Shown here: piece after piece, positions 28,814 to 38,141 of the stretch | Layout: each line of letters opens with the position of its first letter | Position numbering within the stretch: position 1 is the stretch's first letter | Origin: Armatimonadota bacterium | GTDB lineage: Bacteria > Armatimonadota > HRBIN16 | DNA: 64,000 nucleotides | Assembly (NCBI GenBank): GCA_026003195.1 | Contig: BPGU01000004.1 | Coordinates: 70,317 to 134,316, forward strand | Reading direction: 5' to 3' | Notes under the pieces: model-generated | What the model saw: only the letters and a program-made list of their open reading frames with translations | Told to the model about the DNA's origin: nothing | Databases searched by the model: none | Translations under genes and position numbers: made by a program

Positions 28814-29476
28814 TTACTGCACCAGTCTCAGCCAGTCGCTAAAGATAAAGTACATCCGGTCAAACAGCAGCGCCATACGTGCCATAATGGTTGTTCCAAA
28901 AATCGCGCCGAACGCCACCATCATCACCCAGCGTCCGAACTGCGCCGAGTTACGGATCGCTTTGCTCTTCTGCTCAAAGGAGAAGAAGAAGTAGCTCATG
29001 ACGGTGACGAGCACTACCATGAAGATAAGATTGTTCAAGCTCTTCGCAAAATCGAACGAACCGTTCTCCGTCACAACATACAGCGGTCGGAACGAATTCG
29101 ACAGCTGTGGCAGGTAAGTGTTGGAAAAAATCTGGAAAATCTGCCCTGCCGAGAAGCCCATCAGGAAGCCGATGGGCAGACGGCTGAGCCAGTTGTATTT
29201 TCGGCTGTGGATGAAATAGAACAGTAGTCCGAACATAAACACGAACGTCCAGTACCACTCGCCGTTCTTGAACACCGGCTGGTACAGGAACGGGTCGAGA
29301 ATATTTTTGACCAGCGCCACGATAGAAAAACCTGCAGCCAAGCCGATGAAGATGTGCTCAAAAAAGCGATAGACCACATTTTCACGGTAGATCAGGGTCA
29401 TCAGTCCGATGGTACAAAGGGCGCCGATGTACACACCCGGGCGCGCAACAAAGTCCTGCCACACCTGTTCGATCAT
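28814..29476 (-). CDS. Hypothetical polytopic membrane protein (operon gene 6 of 6)
   Basis: 220 aa with about six TM helices. 4-nt overlap with the upstream gene. Confidence 0.55.
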   Translation of the reverse strand: MIEQVWQDFVARPGVYIGALCTIGLMTLIYRENVVYRFFEHIFIGLAAGFSIVALVKNILDPFLYQPVFKNGEWYWTFVFMFGLLFYFIHSRKYNWLSRLPIGFLMGFSAGQIFQIFSNTYLPQLSNSFRPLYVVTENGSFDFAKSLNNLIFMVVLVTVMSYFFFSFEQKSKAIRNSAQFGRWVMMVAFGAIFGTTIMARMALLFDRMYFIFSDWLRLVQ

Positions 29477-30315
29477 CGCGACCTCCGTGCTCGCGTTGCG
29501 AAATAGCCGATGTTACCTATCACAATCAGCAACATGATCAACACGTGCGCCAGCGAGATGCTGCCCATGCCCACCGTCGCTAACCCCGGTTTTTTGAGCA
29601 ATCTCTCGTACTCTGCGGCGCCTCGCATTCCCTCCATCGTTCCCACAATCTGACCGGAAGCCAGATAGGGATATGTCTCCGGTACCATGACGGACGTAGG
29701 ACAAAACCCGAACTTCAGTTTGGGATTGGCACCCACAACCAGCCCAATCCAATCCGCATAGATACCAGAGGCAGCAATCTCCACAATCGCATCCACGTTC
29801 TGGATGTTCTTAATTCCCTGCATCATCGGCATATCCTTGGTTGGCTTGCCCTGGTAGTCTTTGTCAAAAGTGCCCGGGATGTCGCGCACCATCGATTTCA
29901 TCACCACGCCTACCTGCGGGCGAAAGCCCCAGTGAACCCAGTTCTTGCCGTACTCGTAACCGTATTCAGCGGCAAGTCGCTTAGCGATGTCCAGCGATAG
30001 CTGGCTACCCTGCACATCGAAGGAGAACACTGCCACCCGCAGTCCTCGCTGCATGGCATGGCGCAAGATGGCGACGGTCTGCGGCATATTTTCCGCGCGC
30101 GTGCCTCCACTCCATGTGGCGCTGACGATCACAAAACCGCCGGGCGGTATGGACTCGATAGCGTCGTATAACCTCTGTGTCGAGGGCATAGTGACCGTCG
30201 GCAGGCTTATAGGCAGAAACAGCGGCGCAATCACCACTATCAGCAACAGCAGATACAGTATCCGACGGTCAATCGCTTGCAGCTTGTCCCAAAAGTTCGC
30301 CGATGCCCCTGTCAT
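29473..30315 (-). CDS. Hypothetical bitopic membrane protein with large extramembrane domain (operon gene 5 of 6)
   Basis: 280 aa. N-terminal and C-terminal TM helices flank a soluble domain of about 200 aa. Confidence 0.55.
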   Translation of the reverse strand: MTGASANFWDKLQAIDRRILYLLLLIVVIAPLFLPISLPTVTMPSTQRLYDAIESIPPGGFVIVSATWSGGTRAENMPQTVAILRHAMQRGLRVAVFSFDVQGSQLSLDIAKRLAAEYGYEYGKNWVHWGFRPQVGVVMKSMVRDIPGTFDKDYQGKPTKDMPMMQGIKNIQNVDAIVEIAASGIYADWIGLVVGANPKLKFGFCPTSVMVPETYPYLASGQIVGTMEGMRGAAEYERLLKKPGLATVGMGSISLAHVLIMLLIVIGNIGYFATRARRSR

Positions 30316-30318
30316 CGT

Positions 30319-31128
30319 CTAAATCTCCTTCTCGAAGTAAGCCCCTCGTTCCAGGCTAAGCCAGATACGTAGTGAAATGGCAAGTCCGCCTACACCCAAT
30401 CCGAAAGCAATGGCACGCAGCGCCGCCGCATTCAGCACCGTTAACAGCCACTCCTTCATCACTTCCAGACGCAGCGAAGCCAGCATACTGTCACGGGGGA
30501 TCCAGGCGGTCAGAGCCAATCCCACCGGCACCTGCGCAAGCATTACCAGAAACGCCGTTGCCATCAGGATGGTGGCTTCCACCGAGCGGATACGAAAGGC
30601 GCGGTATGCCGCTGAGACAATGTAGAAAGCGATAAGCGAGAACATGGTAGCGTCCATGTTAATCAACATGCCCTCAAACAGCACACTGAACACCTGCTTG
30701 GCGGTTGGGTTGTTGCCGTATCGCTCCATCAAACCAAACACCACCATCGCCGTCATGGCTGCCAGCAAGGCGAGGCTGTTGTACCACCCGCTACGCAAGC
30801 GCGTGATATTACGACCATGCACTCGCAAAAGGCTCAGGATGCCCAGGGTCAACGTCATCCCTGCCAGCAAGCTGCCCAGCTTGCTGGCGGGCACAAGATA
30901 GTCGGTCAGGAAGTTCTTACCCTCTTTGTCTATCGGCAGGAAGAACTCTGTAGCGTAAAAGAGCCCTGCGAGAAAAGTGACTGTAGCGATAAGCGGCTTG
31001 CGTGCGCGCGAGGGCAGGTTCATCAGCAAGATGATGATCAGGATGCTCAACACAACCGCCCCTGCCACATAATACGGCAGCACCTCTGGCGGCTTGGGAC
31101 CGAAAAAGCGAACTATCGGCTCTAGCAC
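30319..31128 (-). CDS. Hypothetical polytopic membrane protein (operon gene 4 of 6)
   Basis: 269 aa with at least 7 TM helices. Confidence 0.55.
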   Translation of the reverse strand: MLEPIVRFFGPKPPEVLPYYVAGAVVLSILIIILLMNLPSRARKPLIATVTFLAGLFYATEFFLPIDKEGKNFLTDYLVPASKLGSLLAGMTLTLGILSLLRVHGRNITRLRSGWYNSLALLAAMTAMVVFGLMERYGNNPTAKQVFSVLFEGMLINMDATMFSLIAFYIVSAAYRAFRIRSVEATILMATAFLVMLAQVPVGLALTAWIPRDSMLASLRLEVMKEWLLTVLNAAALRAIAFGLGVGGLAISLRIWLSLERGAYFEKEI

Positions 31129-31145
31129 CGTCCGTTACCCCCCTG

Positions 31146-31949
31146 TTAACGAATGCGAAACAGGTCCACGAACCATTGGCCCGCATCCGCCAGCATCGGC
31201 ACTTTCAGTGCGGCAAGCGTTGCAGCCATCGAACCCACCACGCACAGCGCGGTAATCAGCAGCTTGCCAAAATCCTGACCGACCAGGCTACCCAGCATCG
31301 TCGGATTGCGCGAGATATATGCGCTGGCGGCGTAGTACTCATCGCCGATGATGGTGTAGTCACACGCGGCGATGAAGAAGGGAATCTGGGTCGTCTGCGT
31401 CGTACCGGCAACCTGTATCGCACCGGTCATATTGCCTGTCTCGGCGAAGATAAGCGACTCCGCGAAGAACTCCCCGAACATAAAGGAGCTGGCTACTTTC
31501 TCGCGCTGTATCAGTCCTGCCACGCCGGATGCGAACGCGAACTGGCGGTCGGAAAGGAAGCGAATAGAATCGGGGTCAAACCGTTCGGGATGTCCCTCTG
31601 CCTGATAGGCGTCACGGATGACCTCTTCCGCCACGGTATACACCGTGGGGTCTGCTACAGGCATCAGGATGCGGTTGCCGAACCTGGCGGTGGAACGGGC
31701 GATATAGCTGAAGATACTCAATGCCTGCAGGGCGATGATGCCAAACCCGCCGATACCAGGTACCATGAGCACAGGACGTCCCATTTCGGTAGCGCGTCCT
31801 ATCGCTTCATCGATGGCGTTCAAACCGGGAATACGTCGGATGAACATCTCCTTGCCCCGCTGAGCCGATAGAATGCGCCAGATAATTATCGTCGCCGTCA
31901 ACACTTCCATAATCAGCACGGGCCAGATTTTCTCAAAGGCGTGTTGCAT
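31146..31949 (-). CDS. Hypothetical membrane protein (operon gene 3 of 6)
   Basis: 267 aa with 4–5 hydrophobic segments. Overlaps its upstream neighbour. Confidence 0.5.
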   Translation of the reverse strand: MQHAFEKIWPVLIMEVLTATIIIWRILSAQRGKEMFIRRIPGLNAIDEAIGRATEMGRPVLMVPGIGGFGIIALQALSIFSYIARSTARFGNRILMPVADPTVYTVAEEVIRDAYQAEGHPERFDPDSIRFLSDRQFAFASGVAGLIQREKVASSFMFGEFFAESLIFAETGNMTGAIQVAGTTQTTQIPFFIAACDYTIIGDEYYAASAYISRNPTMLGSLVGQDFGKLLITALCVVGSMAATLAALKVPMLADAGQWFVDLFRIR

Positions 31950-32262
31950 GATCAGATGGCTCCTGCTCCTTTTCGTGTTCTAACTGTTCGATGCGCTCGA
32001 TCAGCCTCTCTACGTTCTCCCGCTTCTCCAGCAATCGGCTGTAGCGATGCACGTTGTCTATTCCCACAAAAGGCGCGAGAAACGGCGTCAGCACAATCAG
32101 CGACTGGCTGGCGACGAAAGAAAGGGGCTTGTTCAGCTCCAGAAACAGCACTGCCGGAGCTGCCATCCCGCGACGCACAATCCCCTGTGCGATACGCTCC
32201 AGAATAGCGTCGCGCTCTTCGTCGCTCAGTTCGTCTTCTTGCCAGCGGTCGATTCTCTCCAA
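31933..32262 (-). CDS. Small membrane protein with acidic coiled-coil termini (operon gene 2 of 6)
   Basis: 109 aa. Central hydrophobic hairpin (AAPAVLFLE...SLIVLTPFLAPFV) flanked by charged helical segments. True start uncertain, since it overlaps the upstream gene by 37 nt. Confidence 0.4.
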   Translation of the reverse strand: MERIDRWQEDELSDEERDAILERIAQGIVRRGMAAPAVLFLELNKPLSFVASQSLIVLTPFLAPFVGIDNVHRYSRLLEKRENVERLIERIEQLEHEKEQEPSDHATRL

Positions 32263-32693
32263 AAGGCAATCGCCTCCAGCACCTGGTCACGGTTGCCCGC
32301 GAAGCGCAGGTACACCCCGCGAAAGGGTTCCAGACGCGAACGGGGCGGCAAAGGGCTGAGCTTCACCCCGTCAGGAGTAACGGTCACATATTTCACGCGC
32401 TCCCACGCGATGTCAAACCCTGCCCCCAGATAGCGCACCCTCGCCCCTTGTTCGTCCACCGCATAGTGTACTGGCAGCCAGTAATCGCGTGTGGCCAGCC
32501 ACAGCAACAGCAGTGCCAGCAACCCCATTCCCGCACTGCGAAAAGCCACCCCTACCAGAGCAGACGCCAGCAGCATGATGGCTCCCGCCAACCATGCCTT
32601 CTGCGGCTGTTCACGTAACAGATGCACTCTCCATCGCAGGGTGTACTGGTTCGCCTGTTCCTCGTCGCTCATGCGCGGAGCACCGCTGTGCAT
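32226..32693 (-). CDS. Membrane-anchored protein with PH-like (YdbS/bPH_2-like) soluble domain (operon gene 1 of 6)
   Basis: 155 aa. Two adjacent TM helices followed by a beta-rich domain of about 75 aa. Confidence 0.45.
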   Translation of the reverse strand: MHSGAPRMSDEEQANQYTLRWRVHLLREQPQKAWLAGAIMLLASALVGVAFRSAGMGLLALLLLWLATRDYWLPVHYAVDEQGARVRYLGAGFDIAWERVKYVTVTPDGVKLSPLPPRSRLEPFRGVYLRFAGNRDQVLEAIAFWRESTAGKKTN

Positions 32694-32771
32694 AGCCCTG
32701 CGTCATTATAAGGAGAAACACCCCCCATGTCAAGGGTAACTATTCGGCATATCTGGTGGGTATCCCTTCCC

Positions 32772-32806
32772 AAACAAAAAGAGGGTCACGCTCTGCGTGA
32801 CCCTCT
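32772..32806 (-). terminator. Rho-independent terminator downstream of PEP-CTERM gene
   Basis: On the minus strand: AGAGGGTCACG-cagag-CGTGACCCTCT (11-bp stem) followed by TTTTTGTTT. Confidence 0.65.
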
Positions 32807-32824
32807 CGCCAAAGACATCTGGAA

Positions 32825-33481
32825 CTACGCACGTCGTCGGCGCAGAGCCAGCAGTCCCACCACTCCGCTACCCAGCACCAGCAGGCTGGCGGGTTCGGGT
32901 ACGGGAACCGTCTCCAGATAGAAGTTGGCTACTGGATTGCCGCCAAACCAGTAAGGTCCGCCGTTGTTGATGGTGAACAGGTCGTGGCTGGTACCCACTG
33001 TCGGCGGGTTGTAGATAAGCAGCCCAGCATCCGCCGCACTGAACGAGAAGCCAATCCACAGGTCCGCCGGTGCGGTGAGAGGAGCCGGTAACGTGATGGT
33101 GTAAATCCACCCGCCGGAGCCGTTCAGCGTGCCCAGCGGATACGAAGCGATGAGCGAAGCCGGCAAGTTAAAGTCGCCGTTGTTTTGATAGATGTAGAGG
33201 GTGACATCAGGTGCGCTGGTCGGCGCGTAATAGGCGAACGACACCTGCCCAATCGGCAGGCTGGTGGTGCGATGCACATCGTCCGCCACGATAGCCCCTG
33301 CTCCACCGGGATAATAAAAGCCGGTGGAGTTGGTGGTGTTGCTGTAGTCGGGAGCCATCTGGGGGGTTAAGCTGCCACGGAACAGGTCGGCTGGCACAGG
33401 CGTTGCCGTAACCCGAATCTGCGCGTTAGCTACTGCGACGGCACCCAGCAATAAAGCGGTGACCAGCAAAGTGCGAAACAT
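32825..33481 (-). CDS. PEP-CTERM sorting-domain secreted protein
   Basis: Signal peptide MFRTLLVTALLLGAVAVANAQ. C-terminal VPEPASLLVLGSGVVGLLALRRRRA (PEP motif, TM helix, Arg cluster) is the exosortase recognition tag. Confidence 0.8.
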   Translation of the reverse strand: MFRTLLVTALLLGAVAVANAQIRVTATPVPADLFRGSLTPQMAPDYSNTTNSTGFYYPGGAGAIVADDVHRTTSLPIGQVSFAYYAPTSAPDVTLYIYQNNGDFNLPASLIASYPLGTLNGSGGWIYTITLPAPLTAPADLWIGFSFSAADAGLLIYNPPTVGTSHDLFTINNGGPYWFGGNPVANFYLETVPVPEPASLLVLGSGVVGLLALRRRRA

Positions 33482-33524
33482 GCGAACCTCCCTTCCTTTC
33501 CTGAAAAAATGATTGTTGCTCTCA

Positions 33525-33552
33525 TTGTAAACAAATGGGTTCCTTCCGTCAA
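33525..33552 (-). promoter_or_regulatory. Sigma70-type promoter for PEP-CTERM gene
   Basis: On the minus strand: TTGACG, 16–17 nt spacer, TACAAT. RBS GGAAAGGAAGGGAGG lies before the ATG. Confidence 0.5.
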
Positions 33553-33610
33553 TGGGAAGACAACCATTGTGAAAAAAACCCGTACTTTTGCTGGTGTGAA
33601 AGATGCCGGT

Positions 33611-34750
33611 TTACGGGGCGCGCCAGGAATACATACCTTCCCTGGGTGGGAAAGCCAGCCTGTCGAAAGCGCGAGCAGGCGGTTTGTTCAACAGCTGCCA
33701 GTCGGCGAAATCCAGCAGAGCCTGCCAGTCCGCCAGCGAATGCTCGTGTCCACCTTCGCGGAACCAGATACCGATGCGCTGTTCCACCCCCAGGAAGCGG
33801 TACACCTCTTTCGCAGCGAGGTAGGTCACCTGTGTGCCTTCAGGGTTTGCCCACAGGTCCGCCAGCGCTTCGGTGCTGAGCTGCGCCCGCGGAGCCACCA
33901 GCGCCTTCACGATATGCTGGTCAAACGGCAACCTCTCCACCTTGCCGATGAACTGAGCAAAGCGCGGATGGAACCAGTAAGGAATGTTGCGCAGGATGTC
34001 GGCAATGGTTTCGCTGCCCTGTGCCTGGTAACGGTAGCACCCTGCACCGCCACAGCCTGAGTTGTTCGGGGCGGTGAGGGCGATGCGTTCATCGGTGGCA
34101 CCTGCCAGCAGGGCAGTCTTGCCACCCCGAGAGTGTCCGGTAACCACAATGCGCTTCGCATGGATAAAGGGTTGAGTCAGCAAAAAGTCTATCACGCGGT
34201 GATAGCCCCATGCCCATGCTGCCAGCCTGCCACCTTCGTCATGGGGGTATGCCTCATAAACACCCTTGCGCTCTGCGCTGTCGGGAGCGATTTGCGTGCG
34301 GTCAAAGAAGGCAAGCACGTAATGGCGCTGGAGCACTTCCCGGACGATTTCCCCCGTTGGCTCGCCCCACCCGAGGTCGCCGTCCACGATAACGGGCATC
34401 TTCCCTCGCCAGCGTGGACGAAAGAGGAGCAGGCGCGTGCTCAGGGGGACAGGAGATTCGATGTGCAGGCGGTATTCGGTGCGCACCGCCTTCAGGTCAG
34501 ACAGATCTGTCTCTGCCACAGTCTCTGCACGCACCCCACGCGGTGGGGGAGGCAGCTCGCCGTATTCGTAGTGCAGCACCAGCTTGAGCCAGTGTTCACG
34601 CAGCGATTTCCACTCCCGTGGCGAGGTCACACGCTTCCCATCAGGGCGCAAAAACGGATCGGGAAGTTCCCTCACCGGTGGCAAATCCTCCGCAGCGGGA
34701 AAATCAGCATCGGTCGTGAGATGCTCAAACTGATCGTGTCGGACATTCAT
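33611..34750 (-). CDS. Alpha/beta hydrolase, glucuronoyl-esterase-like (CE15-like)
   Basis: 379 aa. Nucleophile motif GHSRGGK resembles the CE15 GCSRxG. No obvious signal peptide. Confidence 0.5.
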   Translation of the reverse strand: MNVRHDQFEHLTTDADFPAAEDLPPVRELPDPFLRPDGKRVTSPREWKSLREHWLKLVLHYEYGELPPPPRGVRAETVAETDLSDLKAVRTEYRLHIESPVPLSTRLLLFRPRWRGKMPVIVDGDLGWGEPTGEIVREVLQRHYVLAFFDRTQIAPDSAERKGVYEAYPHDEGGRLAAWAWGYHRVIDFLLTQPFIHAKRIVVTGHSRGGKTALLAGATDERIALTAPNNSGCGGAGCYRYQAQGSETIADILRNIPYWFHPRFAQFIGKVERLPFDQHIVKALVAPRAQLSTEALADLWANPEGTQVTYLAAKEVYRFLGVEQRIGIWFREGGHEHSLADWQALLDFADWQLLNKPPARAFDRLAFPPREGMYSWRAP

Positions 34751-34941
34751 CTTTCTGTCTCCTTACAGTTGCTCATAGTTTCTTTGCGGATTGAACCGAC
34801 GCGCCAGATCGTTCCGTCCGAAGTGATGTCCACAAGTACCTCATCGCTCAAACGGATGGTCTCTACCTGTTCATCGGCTGTTCGAAAACGAATGTAGGCA
34901 ACTTTATACTTGGGACCGTACGTGATTTCCCATACCACCAC
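34747..34941 (-). CDS. DUF2283-like small protein
   Basis: Pattern YGPKYKVAYIRF...ETIRLSDEVLVDITSDGTIWRV resembles DUF2283. There is no in-frame ATG; the start is probably GTG after AGGGAGG, and the annotated ORF runs to 35061. Stop overlaps the esterase start. Confidence 0.3.
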   Translation of the reverse strand: MVVWEITYGPKYKVAYIRFRTADEQVETIRLSDEVLVDITSDGTIWRVGSIRKETMSNCKETER

Positions 34942-35002
34942 CTCCCTCAAAAATAAAGGATTCGAACGGTCTTTCCTGCAGCAGCACTCTCTTCCACTCT
35001 GA

Positions 35003-36010
35003 CTATACCTCCCCCTGATACAGCTCGGGACAGGGGTTGCCATGCTCGTCGTACCAGCCATAGCGTTCGCGCATCTCCAGCATCAGCAGATAACGTTCCA
35101 GCGGAAGCCCTTTGAACGCCACGTTGGTTGTTGCGTACACATATCCGCCGCCGGGCATTCCATGTTTCAGCACGTATTTGCAGTTCTGGATAATCTGCTC
35201 CTCCGTACCGGTCTGCAGCAGGCTACACTGCACCCCACCCAGCAGGCAGAGTTTCTCCCCTGCCAGCGCTTTTATCTTCGCGATGTCCATATCCTTCGCC
35301 TGACTGTCGATGGAGTGCAGTCCGTGTGGCTCCGCTTCCACAATCTGGTCCAGAATGGGCATGATGTTGCCATCGGTATGTTTGATGACGTACAGCCCCA
35401 TCGCGCGGTATCCCGCCACCAGTTCCTTCAGATAGGGGGTGACAAATTGCCGGAACATCCGCGGCGAGAGGAAAGGACCGTCATTAAAGGCGTAATCGGC
35501 ACACAGGGCGAAGCCGTCAATGCCGTACTCTTCGCGCAGGCGCTTGCCCCGTTGCAACGCCCATTGCACGTTGCGCTTTGCCGTGTCGTGCATCTCATCG
35601 GGGCGCTCGAAGAAGGCGGTTGCCACCTCCACCATATCGCTGCCTGTGGGGATGGCGAAGGTGGCGTCGCCGTGTGCAATCAGCAGGTACTTATCGCCCA
35701 CGAGGTCGCGGATGTAGCGAATGGTGTGTCCTAACCCATCATCATCGGGGGCATGGACAATCATGAGGATACTGTAGTCTAACCTCTCGGCAACCTCGAT
35801 ATACAGTTCTGCGTTCTCGCGCAATAGGCGGTCACATTGCGCAGCGGTCGCGTTCTGGAACTCATGCCAGTGGTGGTACTCTTTGCCCAGCAACTCTTGC
35901 GTCAACTGGAACTCCAGTTCGAAGGTGGGCACTTTGCTGTGGGGGCGTGGGGGCTTGCGCTCCAGCGCCCAGATAGCCTGTTGCTTGGGAGTGAGAGCAT
36001 CTGTTGCCAT
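35003..36010 (-). CDS. Uroporphyrinogen decarboxylase (URO-D) family protein
   Basis: 335 aa. URO-D / MtaA-like pattern; paralog of the 19582–20649 product. Confidence 0.7.
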   Translation of the reverse strand: MATDALTPKQQAIWALERKPPRPHSKVPTFELEFQLTQELLGKEYHHWHEFQNATAAQCDRLLRENAELYIEVAERLDYSILMIVHAPDDDGLGHTIRYIRDLVGDKYLLIAHGDATFAIPTGSDMVEVATAFFERPDEMHDTAKRNVQWALQRGKRLREEYGIDGFALCADYAFNDGPFLSPRMFRQFVTPYLKELVAGYRAMGLYVIKHTDGNIMPILDQIVEAEPHGLHSIDSQAKDMDIAKIKALAGEKLCLLGGVQCSLLQTGTEEQIIQNCKYVLKHGMPGGGYVYATTNVAFKGLPLERYLLMLEMRERYGWYDEHGNPCPELYQGEV

Positions 36011-36215
36011 GTAAGATGGAACCTCCTGTTGGCTTCCTCGAACGAATACACCGGAGGAGGGCGATTATCCTGTTGCCGAAGGAGCCCTGAAAGGAGACTT
36101 TGTGTTTGCGTGCGAGAGATGTGGCGAGGAGAAGGCACACCAAGACGCAAAGAGCACCCAGAGAGAACTCATCTTCTTCTCAGCGTCCTTGCGCCTCGGT
36201 GTGCGACCAGAACTC

Positions 36216-36926
36216 TTACGCAGCGGTCTCGGCGAGCTTCTGCGCCTCCTGCATGTCCACGCGGATGCCTGGTCCCATCGTAGAGGAGACGGTGATTCCG
36301 CGCAGATAGCGTCCCTTCGCGGCTGCAGGGCGCGCCTTCAGCAGGGCGTTGAGGGCAGCGCTGAAGTTCTCCACCAGCTGGTCCACCTCAAAAGACGCCT
36401 TGCCGATAGGCATGTGCACGATACCTGCTTTCTCCACACGGAACGCCACGCGCTTGCTCTGTTTCAGGTCGCGCACTACCCGATCGATATCATTGGTGAC
36501 CGTGCCCGACTTGGCGTTGGGCATCCGAGGACCGAGCAAGCGTCCCAGGCGGCTCACCTGCGGAACCATGTCCGGAGTAGCCACCAGCACGTCGAAGTCG
36601 CGCCAGCCCTGCTGAATCTGCTGGATCAGGTCTTCCGCACCAACCACGTCTGCGCCGGCGTTCAGTGCCTCTTCCGCTTTATCGCCTTTGGCGAATACCG
36701 CCACCTTCACCTTCTTACCGGTTCCATGCGGCAGGGTGGTGGTACCTCGTACCATCTGGTCGCCGTGTCGGGGGTCTACACCCAGATTGACAGCGATATC
36801 GATGGTCTCGTCGAAACCAGCTTTTGCCAGCGACTTCGCCAGCTCCAGTGCTTCACGCACTCCGTAGAGTCGGTTGCGGTCTATTTTCTGTTTCGCTTCC
36901 AGATAGCGTTTGCCATGCTGTGGCAT
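36216..36926 (-). CDS. rplA: 50S ribosomal protein L1
   Basis: [21 protein letters not shown]...[29 protein letters not shown]: canonical L1. Confidence 0.95.
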   Translation of the reverse strand: MPQHGKRYLEAKQKIDRNRLYGVREALELAKSLAKAGFDETIDIAVNLGVDPRHGDQMVRGTTTLPHGTGKKVKVAVFAKGDKAEEALNAGADVVGAEDLIQQIQQGWRDFDVLVATPDMVPQVSRLGRLLGPRMPNAKSGTVTNDIDRVVRDLKQSKRVAFRVEKAGIVHMPIGKASFEVDQLVENFSAALNALLKARPAAAKGRYLRGITVSSTMGPGIRVDMQEAQKLAETAA

Positions 36927-37150
36927 GGTTCTGTCCCTCCTGTGGTATGTGTTCTTTCTCGGGGGTTACCCCCTCCCACAGATTGTCCTGCTGAGAACAG
37001 CATCGCGGAGATTCTTCGCTTCAGAATGACACTTTGTTGCTCATCCTATCATGTTGGGCGTCAGTGAAGCATCTCAGAGTGTCTCTACGAGTGAGATTCT
37101 TCACTTGCGCTCAGAATGACATTTTTCCGAACGACGACGGGTGTTCCTCT

Positions 37151-37579
37151 CTAGGAGGGCACGATTTCGATGCCCATCGATCGAGCGGTTCCCGCCACAA
37201 TCTTCATCGCTGCCTCTTCGTCGTTCGCATTGAGGTCAGGCATCTTCGTGCGCGCGATTTCGCGCAGCTGCTCTATGGTAATTTTGCCCACCTTCTGACG
37301 GTTCGGAGTCGAGGAGCCTTTGTCGGCGCCCGCCGCTTTGCGCAGCAGCTCCGAAGCGGGCGGTGTCTTCGTGACAAAAGTGAACGAGCGGTCCTCGTAG
37401 ATGGTGATTTCTACGGGAACAATAGAACCCATCTGCGAGGCAGTACGCTCGTTGTACTGCTTGATGAACTCCATCATGTTAATACCGTAGGGTCCGAGCG
37501 AGGAGCCTACGGGTGGGGCAGGGGTCGCTTTGCCTGCCGGTATTTGCAACTTGACCACAGCCAGAATCTTTTTCGCCAA
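37151..37579 (-). CDS. rplK: 50S ribosomal protein L11
   Basis: [43 protein letters not shown]: canonical L11. Confidence 0.95.
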   Translation of the reverse strand: MAKKILAVVKLQIPAGKATPAPPVGSSLGPYGINMMEFIKQYNERTASQMGSIVPVEITIYEDRSFTFVTKTPPASELLRKAAGADKGSSTPNRQKVGKITIEQLREIARTKMPDLNANDEEAAMKIVAGTARSMGIEIVPS

Positions 37580-37604
37580 CGTGAACCCTCCGTTTTCGTG
37601 CGCG

Positions 37605-38132
37605 CTACGTGATTTTCTCTATCTGCTCGAAATCGAACTCCACGGGCGTGTCCCTCCCGAAGAGCGAAATGAGAACGCGCACTTTCTCTTTATCTGGTAG
37701 CACCTCCTGGATGGTGCCGTGAAAATCGGTAAACGGACCGGACACTACGCGCACCTGTTCACCCGGCTGCCATGCGATACGCGGCTTCTTTTGTGTGCCC
37801 TCCACTGTTTCCAGGATGGCTTCCACCTCTTTCTCCTGAAGAGGCACCGGCTTATCGCCCGAGGTGACAAAGCCGGTCACGCCCGCCGTGCTCTTCACCA
37901 GGTACCAGGTCTGGTCATCCAGGATCATCTCAATGAGAATATAGCCCGGAAAGATTTTGCGGCTGACGGTGACCTTCTTGCCCTGGCGGGTGCGCATCTC
38001 CTGTTCGGTGGGCACGAGAATACGAAAAATACGGTCGCGCAGTCCCATAGCTTCTGCACGCCGCTCGATAGCGGTCTTGACCTTATTCTCGTGACCGGCG
38101 TAAGTATGTACGGCATACCACTGTTTTTGCAT
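37605..38132 (-). CDS. nusG: Transcription termination/antitermination factor NusG
   Basis: NGN domain ([15 protein letters not shown]) plus KOW motif ([21 protein letters not shown]). Confidence 0.95.
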   Translation of the reverse strand: MQKQWYAVHTYAGHENKVKTAIERRAEAMGLRDRIFRILVPTEQEMRTRQGKKVTVSRKIFPGYILIEMILDDQTWYLVKSTAGVTGFVTSGDKPVPLQEKEVEAILETVEGTQKKPRIAWQPGEQVRVVSGPFTDFHGTIQEVLPDKEKVRVLISLFGRDTPVEFDFEQIEKIT

Positions 38133-38141
38133 GGCACACCC

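Noticed and set aside
36011-36215. Possible missing rplJ/rplL downstream of rplA
   Set aside because: No ORF with L10/L7-L12 features is present. The next gene is a URO-D family protein, so the ribosomal operon is split here.
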